Assembly: GCA_001775555.1 (NCBI GenBank)
Contig: MEXE01000020.1
Location: forward strand, 1 to 37,502
Length of the DNA stretch: 37,502 bases
Source of the DNA: Candidatus Amesbacteria bacterium RBG_19FT_COMBO_48_16
GTDB taxonomy: Bacteria; Patescibacteriota; Microgenomatia; CAZETR01; Amesbacteraceae
Direction of reading: 5' to 3'
Below are positions 1 through 7,437 of this stretch, piece after piece. The position numbers and the translations under genes were made by a program. Position 1 is the stretch's first letter. The number at the start of each line of letters is the position of its first letter. The notes beneath the pieces are model-generated. The model worked only from the letters and a program-made list of their open reading frames with translations, searched no databases and was not told the origin of the DNA.

Positions 1-1
1 A

Positions 2-376
2 ACCTACCCCTTTGCTTGGGAATACGGTTTTAAGGAACTGGTCGCCTATACCGAATCAGTCAGAGATAGATACGACCAAATTATGGTGACAGACAAATAC
101 GACCAGCCTTATATTCTCTTCCTTTTCTACTCGCGTTTTCCGCCCGCACAATTCCAAGGCCGTCATAAGTTGACTTTGCGCGATAAATACAATTTTTCTA
201 CTGTTAGGGAATTTGATAAATATAAATTTGAAAATACTCCCTGGGAAAAGGTTCGTGATATCCATTCCACCTTGATAGTCGCTGCTCCGGAAGATATCCC
301 CGAAGTAGGAGTAAATGTTGTCAAGACAATTTATTTCCCAAGCAATCAACCAGCCTTTAAAATAGTCTCAAATTAA
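2..376 (+). CDS. 3' end of a gene running in from upstream; probably the C-terminal soluble domain of a GT-C/ArnT-like membrane glycosyltransferase
   Basis: Frame 2 is open from the window edge to TAA at 374-376 (TYPFAWEYGFKELVAYTES...YDQIMVTDKYDQPYILFLFYSRF...). The listed ORF at 83 is only its internal Met. The product guess rests on resemblance to C-terminal tails of ArnT/PMT-like proteins and on context. The stop overlaps the next start (TAATG). Confidence 0.55.
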   Translation, partial: TYPFAWEYGFKELVAYTESVRDRYDQIMVTDKYDQPYILFLFYSRFPPAQFQGRHKLTLRDKYNFSTVREFDKYKFENTPWEKVRDIHSTLIVAAPEDIPEVGVNVVKTIYFPSNQPAFKIVSN

Positions 377-1206
377 TGAAAACTTTAAAGCTTTCGGTTG
401 TCTTGGCTACTCATAATGAAGCGGCTAATTTGGGTAGGTGCCTCAAAGCAATTATAGGTCTGGCCGATGAAATAGTGATTATTGACGGCAGATCCACTGA
501 TGACACAGTCAAAATCGCCAAAAAATTTGAGGCCAGGGTCACTCTGACCGACAATCTCCCCAACTTTCACATAATGAAAAACATGGCGATTGATGCGGCG
601 AAAGGGGAGTGGGTATTACAGCTTGACGCCGATGAAATTGTCTCCCCCGAACTGGCTCGCGAAATCCAATCTACGATCAACGATGAACGGTCAACGATGA
701 ACGGCTACTGGCTTAATCGTAAAAACTGGTTTCTGGATCGCTTCCTGACCAAAGGCGGCCAGTACCCTGATCCCACTCTTCGCCTTTATCGCCGCGGCTT
801 CGGCCGGCTGCCTGCCAGGGACGTCCACGAACAGGCTGTTGTCAAAGGGCCAACCGGGTATCTGAAATCAGAACTTCTCCATTACCGCGACACCTCTTTT
901 GCCAAATATTTAGACGGTTTCAACCTCTATACTTCTTTTATCGCTGGCCAGATGCAGACCCAAAAACTCAAATTCAATATATTAAATGTTCTTCTCTATC
1001 TCTATCTCAAACCTCTATCTACATTTATTAAAATATACTTCCGTCACCGTGGTTATGTAGATGGTTACCCGGGGTTTGTTTTTGCCCTTTTTTCCGGTTT
1101 GGTCCACGCCGTTTCATATATCAAATACTGGCAAATAACTAAATATCCCGAAAACTCCTCCTTCCCCCTCTTTGATAAAGAGGGGGACCAGAGGGGGAGT
1201 TCATGA
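376..1206 (+). CDS. Family 2 glycosyltransferase (WaaE/KdtX-like)
   Basis: N-terminal LSVVLATHNEAANLGRCL, IIDGRSTDDT and a LQLDADE DxD motif. C-terminal amphipathic/hydrophobic tail GYVDGYPGFVFALFSG. Confidence 0.88.
   Translation: MKTLKLSVVLATHNEAANLGRCLKAIIGLADEIVIIDGRSTDDTVKIAKKFEARVTLTDNLPNFHIMKNMAIDAAKGEWVLQLDADEIVSPELAREIQSTINDERSTMNGYWLNRKNWFLDRFLTKGGQYPDPTLRLYRRGFGRLPARDVHEQAVVKGPTGYLKSELLHYRDTSFAKYLDGFNLYTSFIAGQMQTQKLKFNILNVLLYLYLKPLSTFIKIYFRHRGYVDGYPGFVFALFSGLVHAVSYIKYWQITKYPENSSFPLFDKEGDQRGSS
1162..1199 (+). promoter_or_regulatory. GC-rich alternative hairpins overlapping the Shine-Dalgarno sequence of the GT4 gene
   Basis: TCCCCCTC (1163-1170) pairs perfectly with GAGGGGGA (1180-1187). 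Alternatively, CCCCCTCT (1164-1171) pairs with AGAGGGGG (1190-1197), which contains the GGGGAG SD 8 nt before ATG 1208. Confidence 0.4.
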
Positions 1207-1207
1207 T

Positions 1208-2263
1208 ATGACCCGTGTTGGTTTCATAACTTCCCCATTAACTTCCGGTCACTCCGGTCGCGGCGTCGGCTTCTATGTCAAACGCCTCTTACCTCACCTC
1301 AAATCCCAAGCCCCCAACTTCGGGTTTGAAATTTTTGAAATTGAAAAATTATTAAAAATTAAAAAATTAAAATTAAAAATTGTCCACTACCCTTTCTTCG
1401 ACCTCTTTACTCCCTCTTTGCCTTTAATTTCACCCGCAAAAACCATTATAACTATTCATGACGTTATCCCCCTGGAGTTCCCTGATTATTACCCTCCCGG
1501 AATCAAAGGCAAACTGGCGTTAACCTGGCAAAAATTGGCCCTAAGCCGGGCCGAACGGGTTATAACGGATTCTTACGCTTCAATAAAAGCCATCAGAAAA
1601 CATTTATCCGTCCCTCACGACAAAATAAAGTTGGTTTATCTGGCACCCGGCTTGGAATTTAAACCCCTGGCAGATCCAAAAATTCTCGCCTCAGTCCTTC
1701 GTAAATACCGCCTGCCCGCAAAATTTATTCTTTACGTCGGCGATATTAACTGGAACAAAAACCTGCCCACCTTGGCTGAGGCCTGCCAAAAAATCCAAAT
1801 TCCACTCGTCTTGGTAGGCAAACAAGTCGCGAATCTTGAACAGCTTGACACTTCCCATCCCGAACTGTCCCATCTCTCAAATCTCAAATCTCAAATCTCA
1901 AATCTAACCGTCAGGCGCCTGGGCTTTGTCCCCGAATCCGATCTAGTAGCCATCTATAACCTGGCTACAGTTTATTGCCAGCCTTCTTATGCCGAAGGTT
2001 TTGGTCTACCGGTTCTGGAAGCTATGACCTGTGGAACGCCGGTTATCTGCAGCCGCAGCCATTCCCTGCCCGAGATTGCCGGTGACGCAGCGATCTTTTT
2101 CGATCCCTATTCTGCTGCTGATTTGATTAATAAAATTATTTTTGTCCTATCTGATAAAAACCTGCAACAGAAGCTTTCCGCTGGCGGAATTGAACAAGCC
2201 GCAAAATTCACTTGGACAAAAACTGCCCGGGAAACTTTGCAAGTCTACCAAGAAGTAATGTAA
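1208..2263 (+). CDS. Family 4 (GT-B) glycosyltransferase carrying two internal simple-sequence tracts
   Basis: EX7E region YAEGFGLPVLEAMTCGTPVICS and the typical GT4 C-terminal Rossmann layout. ATG at 1208 is preferred over the listed TTG at 1172 because GGGGAG lies 8 nt upstream. Confidence 0.85.
   Translation: MTRVGFITSPLTSGHSGRGVGFYVKRLLPHLKSQAPNFGFEIFEIEKLLKIKKLKLKIVHYPFFDLFTPSLPLISPAKTIITIHDVIPLEFPDYYPPGIKGKLALTWQKLALSRAERVITDSYASIKAIRKHLSVPHDKIKLVYLAPGLEFKPLADPKILASVLRKYRLPAKFILYVGDINWNKNLPTLAEACQKIQIPLVLVGKQVANLEQLDTSHPELSHLSNLKSQISNLTVRRLGFVPESDLVAIYNLATVYCQPSYAEGFGLPVLEAMTCGTPVICSRSHSLPEIAGDAAIFFDPYSAADLINKIIFVLSDKNLQQKLSAGGIEQAAKFTWTKTARETLQVYQEVM
1344..1381 (+). repeat. 38-nt pure A/T tract made of imperfect ATTAAAA-type units, inside the GT4 CDS
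   Basis: aaaaattattaaaaattaaaaaattaaaattaaaaatt. Encodes the low-complexity stretch KLLKIKKLKLKI. Confidence 0.85.
1875..1905 (+). repeat. Heptanucleotide tandem repeat (TCTCAAA)x4 plus a partial fifth unit, inside the GT4 CDS
   Basis: Perfect units at 1875-1881, 1882-1888, 1889-1895 and 1896-1902, followed by TCT. Encodes SNLKSQISNL. Confidence 0.9.
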
Positions 2264-2278
2264 GATTACTCTCGCCCC

Positions 2279-3430
2279 ATGAGTTTTCCTAAGATTCTTC
2301 GCCTATTTTTACTCTGGCAGCTGGTAATTATTCTTATCACCGCGGCCGCATTTACCCTTCTTCCCCTACGCACGACATTTATCGGCGGTTCCGACCAAGC
2401 CAGCCGGGTTGACCCTCAGCCTTATATCAGAAACCCCCTGCTTTACTCCCGGGCGAATTTTGACGGTATCCATTACGTTGATGTTGCCCGTAAGGGTTAC
2501 GGTTATGCCCAACAAGCTTTTTTCCCCTTATATCCTCGTTTAATCAATATTTTGTCAAAATATATTCACCCTCCGGCTCTGGCCGGAATTCTTATTTCTC
2601 TGGCCTCTTTCTTGGTTGGACTTATCTATTTTGCCCGGTTAATCAGACTGGATTATTCTCCCAAAGTCGCTTTCTGGACTATTGTTGCGCTTTTGGTTTT
2701 TCCTACCAGCTTCTTCATTTCGGCTGTGTATACCGAAGGCCTGTTTTTTTTGCAGGTAATATTGGCCTTTTATTTTGCCCGGACCGGTCGCTGGTGGGCA
2801 GCCAGCATAATCGGGATGTCAGCTTCTTACACCCGCTTTGCCGGCGTGTTTCTCTTCCCCGCCCTGATACTGGAATGGTGGCACCAGCGTTCCCATCCTG
2901 AATCACGTAAGAAACCCGGAATATCTGATCTTTTATGTCTGGCATTTATCCCCTTGGGCTTGGTAATTTTTATGCACTATTTGTATCACACTACCGGCGA
3001 TTTGTTGGCCTTTATTCATGTTCAAAAACTTTTCCAGCAGGGCCGGGGGGATAAAATTATTATGATATACCAGGTTTACTGGCGTTACTTAAAAATGATC
3101 TTCACTGTCAACCGGAGTGACCCCTTGTATTTAACCATACTTTTGGAATTTTTCTCGGCAATTCTTTTCACCGTCACTTCAGTTGTTTCCCTGATCAAAC
3201 AAAGAGCTTCTTATTCCCTATTTAATGTTTTAAATTTTATTACCCCTACACTTTCCGGCACTTTTACTTCCGTACCCCGGTATGTGTTGCTTTGTTTTCC
3301 CTCCTTTTTGTTATTTGGGCAATGGTTGTCCCTAGCCTCCGGAACATACCGTAGGTTATACATAGCAGCCAGCTTGGGCCTATTTATCTTGTTTTTAATG
3401 TTGTTTGTCCGGGGTTACTGGGTAGCATGA
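2279..3430 (+). CDS. PIG-V-like (GT76-like) polytopic mannosyltransferase-family membrane protein
   Basis: Motif RANFDGIHYVDVARKGYGYAQQAFFPLYPRL resembles the Mannosyl_trans2/PIG-V signature (WD..Y..IA..GY....FFPLYP). About 9-10 hydrophobic segments. Confidence 0.65.
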   Translation: MSFPKILRLFLLWQLVIILITAAAFTLLPLRTTFIGGSDQASRVDPQPYIRNPLLYSRANFDGIHYVDVARKGYGYAQQAFFPLYPRLINILSKYIHPPALAGILISLASFLVGLIYFARLIRLDYSPKVAFWTIVALLVFPTSFFISAVYTEGLFFLQVILAFYFARTGRWWAASIIGMSASYTRFAGVFLFPALILEWWHQRSHPESRKKPGISDLLCLAFIPLGLVIFMHYLYHTTGDLLAFIHVQKLFQQGRGDKIIMIYQVYWRYLKMIFTVNRSDPLYLTILLEFFSAILFTVTSVVSLIKQRASYSLFNVLNFITPTLSGTFTSVPRYVLLCFPSFLLFGQWLSLASGTYRRLYIAASLGLFILFLMLFVRGYWVA

Positions 3431-4089
3431 AGGTTTTTGTCATCATCCCCGCTTACAATGAACATTACCGCCTGCCTGCTGTATTGGAAAAAACCCGCAG
3501 ACTATATCCGCGGCTACCGCTGGTAGTTGTTGATGACGGATCAGAACATCCGATTAAAAAATTAACTATACCTGGAATAATTTGGCTGCGGCACCAGGTA
3601 AATTTAGGTAAGGGTGCGTCTCTAAAAACTGGCGCTGAATATTCATTTTCACACGGGGCAGATGGAGTGATATTTATGGACTCGGACGGACAGCATGACC
3701 CGGTGGAAATAAAAAAGTTTATAGACTATCTCAATCGCGGATCTGATTTGGTATTTGGATCCCGCCGCCCTTCTCTGGATACACCGCTCGTCCGTCTCCT
3801 GGGAAAAAAATTGTCTTCAGTATACATCAACCTGTTATTTGGAGTTTATATTTCTGACATATTATCGGGTTTTCGCGCCCTGAGCCGGTCTGCATACGGA
3901 TATGTCAAATGGGATTCATCCAGATACGGTGTGGAGTCGGAAATGGTAGCCCGTTTGGGAAAATACAGAAAACTGCTTAAATACGTTGAATTTCCGGTAG
4001 AAACCATCTATATTGACAAGTACAAAGGCGTCACTGTAGTGGATGCCCTAAAAATCTTTAGTCACTCTCTATGGTGGAAACTCTCTTAG
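3427..4089 (+). CDS. GT2, polyprenol-phosphate sugar synthase-like (DPM1/GtrB-like catalytic domain without membrane anchor)
   Basis: VFVIIPAYNEHYRL, VVVDDGSEH, FMDSDGQHDP. No C-terminal TM helices. ATGA overlap with the previous gene. Confidence 0.8.
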   Translation: MKVFVIIPAYNEHYRLPAVLEKTRRLYPRLPLVVVDDGSEHPIKKLTIPGIIWLRHQVNLGKGASLKTGAEYSFSHGADGVIFMDSDGQHDPVEIKKFIDYLNRGSDLVFGSRRPSLDTPLVRLLGKKLSSVYINLLFGVYISDILSGFRALSRSAYGYVKWDSSRYGVESEMVARLGKYRKLLKYVEFPVETIYIDKYKGVTVVDALKIFSHSLWWKLS

Positions 4090-4415
4090 GTATCCAAATC
4101 CTGGCCGGGTTGTTTGCTTGTTTTATGCTTTACGTAGCTTTTGTGCATTTCAAACAAAGAAATATTGACCGCTTTGAAATGCTTTTTTGGGCAGGTGTTT
4201 GGGGAGCATTTTTATACTTTGCCCTTTTTCCCCGTGTCCTCGACCCCCTTCTGGCACGTCTTTTTGTCGCCCGGTCTATGGATTTGTTGTTCATTATCGC
4301 CTTTATGATTCTGGCTTACCTGGGTTTTCAAAACCATGTAGGTATCAAATGGGTCCAGCGCCAAATAGAGACTATGGTTAGAAGCAAAACCCTAAAAAAT
4401 GCCCATCAGAAGTAA
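4071..4415 (+). CDS. Small DUF2304-like membrane protein, the usual partner of an anchor-less GT2
   Basis: 114 aa with 3-4 hydrophobic helices. LLARLFVARSMDLLFIIAFMILAY...IETMVRSK matches the DUF2304 pattern as I recall it. Overlaps the upstream GT2 by 19 nt. Confidence 0.7.
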   Translation: MVETLLGIQILAGLFACFMLYVAFVHFKQRNIDRFEMLFWAGVWGAFLYFALFPRVLDPLLARLFVARSMDLLFIIAFMILAYLGFQNHVGIKWVQRQIETMVRSKTLKNAHQK

Positions 4416-5382
4416 GAAAAAGAGAATCCAAAGATGCCTGGTCACGGGCGTGACCGGTTTTGCCGGCTCGCACATGGCCGAGCTTCTGCTTGCAGAAGGT
4501 TACGAAGTATTCGGTGTCGTCCGCTGGAGGTCGCGGTCCGAACACATAGATCATTTAAACGGTCGTCTGCATTTATTGGAAGGGGATTTGTTGGACTTAA
4601 GATCCCTTCAGGACGTTATGCTCTCCGTCTTGCCTGATTATATTTTTCATCTGGCTGCTCAAAGTTTTGTTCCCACCTCCTGGACTTCTCCTTCAGTAAC
4701 TTTCGAAACAAACGTCGTCGGTTCCTGTAATTTATTTGAAGCGGTTAGGTCAGCGCAAATTAATCCGGTTATCCACATTGCTTGTTCCAGCGAAGAATAT
4801 GGCCTGGTTTATCCCCATGAGGCTCCCATCAAAGAAACTAATCCCTTGCGCCCTTTATCTCCCTATGCGGTATCTAAAGTGGCCATGGACTTCATGGGTT
4901 ATCAATACTTCAAAAACTATGGATTAAAAATAATCCGCACTCGGGGATTCAACCATGAAGGTCCCCGCAGGGGAGAGGTCTTTGTCTCCTCAACTTTTGC
5001 CAAACAAGTTGCTCTCATTGAAGCCGGACTGCAAACGCCCGTAGTTTATGTAGGAAATCTTGAAGCCAAGCGGGATTATACAGACGTTCGGGATATGGTC
5101 AGGGGCTATTACCTGGCAGCCATGAAGTGTGAGCCGGGGGAAGTATACAATATTTGCTCCGGTCGGGCTTGGGTAATCCGGGATGTACTTGACTACTTGA
5201 TTTCCATAAGTCGGGTGAAAAAAATTAAAGTTCTGGAAGACCCCAAGCGTTTACGCCCTTCCGATGTACCTCTCCTTCTGGGAGACAATTCAAGATTTGT
5301 CGCCAAAACAGGCTGGAAGCCGAAAATTAAATTTGAACAAACTCTTTCAGACACACTCGACTACTGGCGGGCTAGAGTCTAG
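4399..5382 (+). CDS. gmd: GDP-mannose 4,6-dehydratase-like extended SDR
   Basis: VTGVTGFAGSHMAELLL (GxxGxxG), YAVSK (YxxxK), and FNHEGPRRGEVFVSSTFAKQVA, which parallels the Gmd motif FNHESPRRGETFVTRKI rather than the Rmd version FNHIGPGQ. Confidence 0.7.
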   Translation: MPIRSKKKRIQRCLVTGVTGFAGSHMAELLLAEGYEVFGVVRWRSRSEHIDHLNGRLHLLEGDLLDLRSLQDVMLSVLPDYIFHLAAQSFVPTSWTSPSVTFETNVVGSCNLFEAVRSAQINPVIHIACSSEEYGLVYPHEAPIKETNPLRPLSPYAVSKVAMDFMGYQYFKNYGLKIIRTRGFNHEGPRRGEVFVSSTFAKQVALIEAGLQTPVVYVGNLEAKRDYTDVRDMVRGYYLAAMKCEPGEVYNICSGRAWVIRDVLDYLISISRVKKIKVLEDPKRLRPSDVPLLLGDNSRFVAKTGWKPKIKFEQTLSDTLDYWRARV

Positions 5383-5384
5383 CC

Positions 5385-6179
5385 ATGGTTTACCCCCGTA
5401 TTTCAGTTATTACCCCGTCTTTTAACCAGGCCGGTTTCCTGGAGCAGACCATTAAATCCGTAATTGACCAAAATTATCCAAACCTCGAACACTTAATCTT
5501 AGATGGCGGATCAACCGATGGTTCGCGGGCGTTAATAAAAAAATACGCGGCCAAGTATCCCAAAATAATTCGTTGGCGGTCACATCATGACAAAGGCCAG
5601 GTTACTGCTATCAATGAGGGTCTAAAAAAAGCCACCGGGGACATTATTGCCTATCTTAACTCTGATGATTATTACCTTCCCGACGCTTTTTATCATGTGG
5701 CCGTTTATTTTTCCCGGCACCCCGACCGGTACTGGTTAGTAGGTAATTGCCGGGTTTCTGACCCCAAACTTTCCTGGACATTCTTTTTAAAACAACTTTG
5801 GCCTATTCATATTTTTCCCTGGGCTTTATATATCTACAACACCGTCAATCAACCGGCGGTTTTTCTCACCCGTAGTTTGGTAGAACGGGTGGGTAAGTTT
5901 GATAGCCGGTATCACTATGCTTTTGATTACGATTATTGGCTGCGCTGCCAGAAATTGGGATTGCCGGGTAGGGTTATGCAGGAGTTGTCAGTATTCAGAA
6001 TCCATCCCGGATCCAAAGGCAGCAGTGGTTATACGCAGCAATTTCAGGAAGACGAAACTGTTGTCAGAAGTTACACCCGCAATAAAATCGTGTTGGCAGT
6101 GCACTCTCTGGCTACGCGTATCATTACCTTACCCGGGTATCGGTTTCTCAAGACAGCTACCAAGCCCGGAATTTTCTGA
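5385..6179 (+). CDS. Family 2 glycosyltransferase (DGGSTDGS subtype)
   Basis: ISVITPSFNQAGFLEQTIKSVIDQ, LILDGGSTDGS, YLNSDDY. Paralogous to 20712-21485. Confidence 0.85.
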   Translation: MVYPRISVITPSFNQAGFLEQTIKSVIDQNYPNLEHLILDGGSTDGSRALIKKYAAKYPKIIRWRSHHDKGQVTAINEGLKKATGDIIAYLNSDDYYLPDAFYHVAVYFSRHPDRYWLVGNCRVSDPKLSWTFFLKQLWPIHIFPWALYIYNTVNQPAVFLTRSLVERVGKFDSRYHYAFDYDYWLRCQKLGLPGRVMQELSVFRIHPGSKGSSGYTQQFQEDETVVRSYTRNKIVLAVHSLATRIITLPGYRFLKTATKPGIF

Positions 6180-7395
6180 AAGCCAGCCAGGTCATTTTCA
6201 GTAGCATCCACCCGTTGATGAATCTGCTGATATTTGTTCGTCCGTATTTGCGTTCGTGGTATCTGACAGGAATTTCCGCCACCTTCAGATTTTGTTTGAT
6301 TGCTCCGAATATTAAATCAAAATCACCGAACGGATCATTTTCACCAAAAATTCCTCGCATTTTGACTATCTGGGTATAGTTGCTTTTCAGCAAAGCCTTT
6401 GTACCGCATAAAGTATCTTTGAAATGCTGGCCCAAAATCCATGAAAACAACCAGCTGAAAACTTGATTAGCCAATTTGTTTAAAGTCTGCATCGCTTGTT
6501 TCTCCATAGGATACACCAGCCTGCTGCCATTGATAAATTCTCCGTACCCGGTAGCGATAGCCTCATAAAATTTCGGTAAATCACGCGGGTCAACGGTCAA
6601 ATCAGCATCAAGTATTATTAGTAACTCCCCTTGGGCTTTGGCTAATCCTAACCTCACTGCGTCAGCCTTGCCTATCCCGCTTTGCTTAAAAGCTCTTACC
6701 TTTATTGCGCCAGTCTTTTGTCTGCTTTTGTCTCTCAGCTGACAAATTGCCTTCCAGGTGCCATCCTGGGAGTGGCCTTCCACAAAAACAACTTCCATAT
6801 TTTTCGAAAATTTCGGGATCCGCTTTAATATCTGGATAATATTTCCCTCCTCATTTCTTGCCGGGATGACAATACTGACGGAATAATCGCGCCTGGTTTC
6901 GACTTTTGGTCGGGCAATTACTAATGACGTCAGGCATAAGCCGTTGATCAATGGTAGTGGTGCAATCCAGCGGTTTATCAAATCTGAAACCAGAGGGATA
7001 TAAACAGGGATCAGAAGCCGTTTATACTTTGCTACCACCTCAAATCCTGCCAGGTTTAATAAGTTAGCCATGTCTTCGTTATCCAGCCAGTTTTGCTCGC
7101 CTACCTTTTTCCTTATTCCCAACCCTGAAGCCAGTTTTAGCACCGGTTCCCACAGGTGATTATAATAAATAATTATTAACCGCTTATCAGCTCCCAGCTC
7201 TTTACGCATTTTATTTAAAAACTTTTGGATATCCTCAATGTCTCCGACGGCATTTTCCAGCACCACGCATCCATAGCGGTGGCTTTTTATTTTTTTTACC
7301 TCGTCCAGGTTATCCGAAGTAATTATCAGAGTTTTTTTTCCCGAAGTTATGAATTTTTCTAATAGTTCGAGATCCCGGTAATAATATTCCCGCAT
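6157..7395 (-). CDS. GT2 glycosyltransferase with an N-terminal degenerate methyltransferase-like domain
   Basis: C-terminal half: VSIVIPARNEEGNI, VFVEGHSQDGT, ILDADLT. The N-terminal ~165 aa resemble the distal half of a class I MTase (IIIYYNHLWEPVLKLA...NWLDNEDMANLLNLAGFEVV) but lack the GxGxG loop. ATG at 7395 is preferred over the listed TTG at 7401. Confidence 0.8.
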   Translation of the reverse strand: MREYYYRDLELLEKFITSGKKTLIITSDNLDEVKKIKSHRYGCVVLENAVGDIEDIQKFLNKMRKELGADKRLIIIYYNHLWEPVLKLASGLGIRKKVGEQNWLDNEDMANLLNLAGFEVVAKYKRLLIPVYIPLVSDLINRWIAPLPLINGLCLTSLVIARPKVETRRDYSVSIVIPARNEEGNIIQILKRIPKFSKNMEVVFVEGHSQDGTWKAICQLRDKSRQKTGAIKVRAFKQSGIGKADAVRLGLAKAQGELLIILDADLTVDPRDLPKFYEAIATGYGEFINGSRLVYPMEKQAMQTLNKLANQVFSWLFSWILGQHFKDTLCGTKALLKSNYTQIVKMRGIFGENDPFGDFDLIFGAIKQNLKVAEIPVRYHERKYGRTNISRFINGWMLLKMTWLAFRKFRAW

Positions 7396-7423
7396 GGACA
7401 AATTTTAGCAGTTAAACTAAGAT
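7395..7423 (+). promoter_or_regulatory. Candidate sigma70-like promoter for the 7438 gene and downstream genes
   Basis: TGGACA (7395-7400), a 17-nt spacer, then TAAGAT (7418-7423), 14 nt before ATG 7438. Confidence 0.3.
7402..7410 (-). promoter_or_regulatory. Candidate extended -10 promoter for the minus-strand GT2 gene (leaderless geometry)
   Basis: The minus strand reads TGcTAAAAT. Its last base is 6 nt upstream of the ATG at 7395. Confidence 0.25.
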
Positions 7424-7437
7424 TTTCTCACAGCAAC

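Noticed and set aside
1163-1187. GC-rich hairpin considered as an intrinsic terminator
   Set aside because: It is not followed by a T-tract, it lies inside the GT2 coding sequence, and it sits 20 nt before the next start codon. A translational-coupling role is more plausible.
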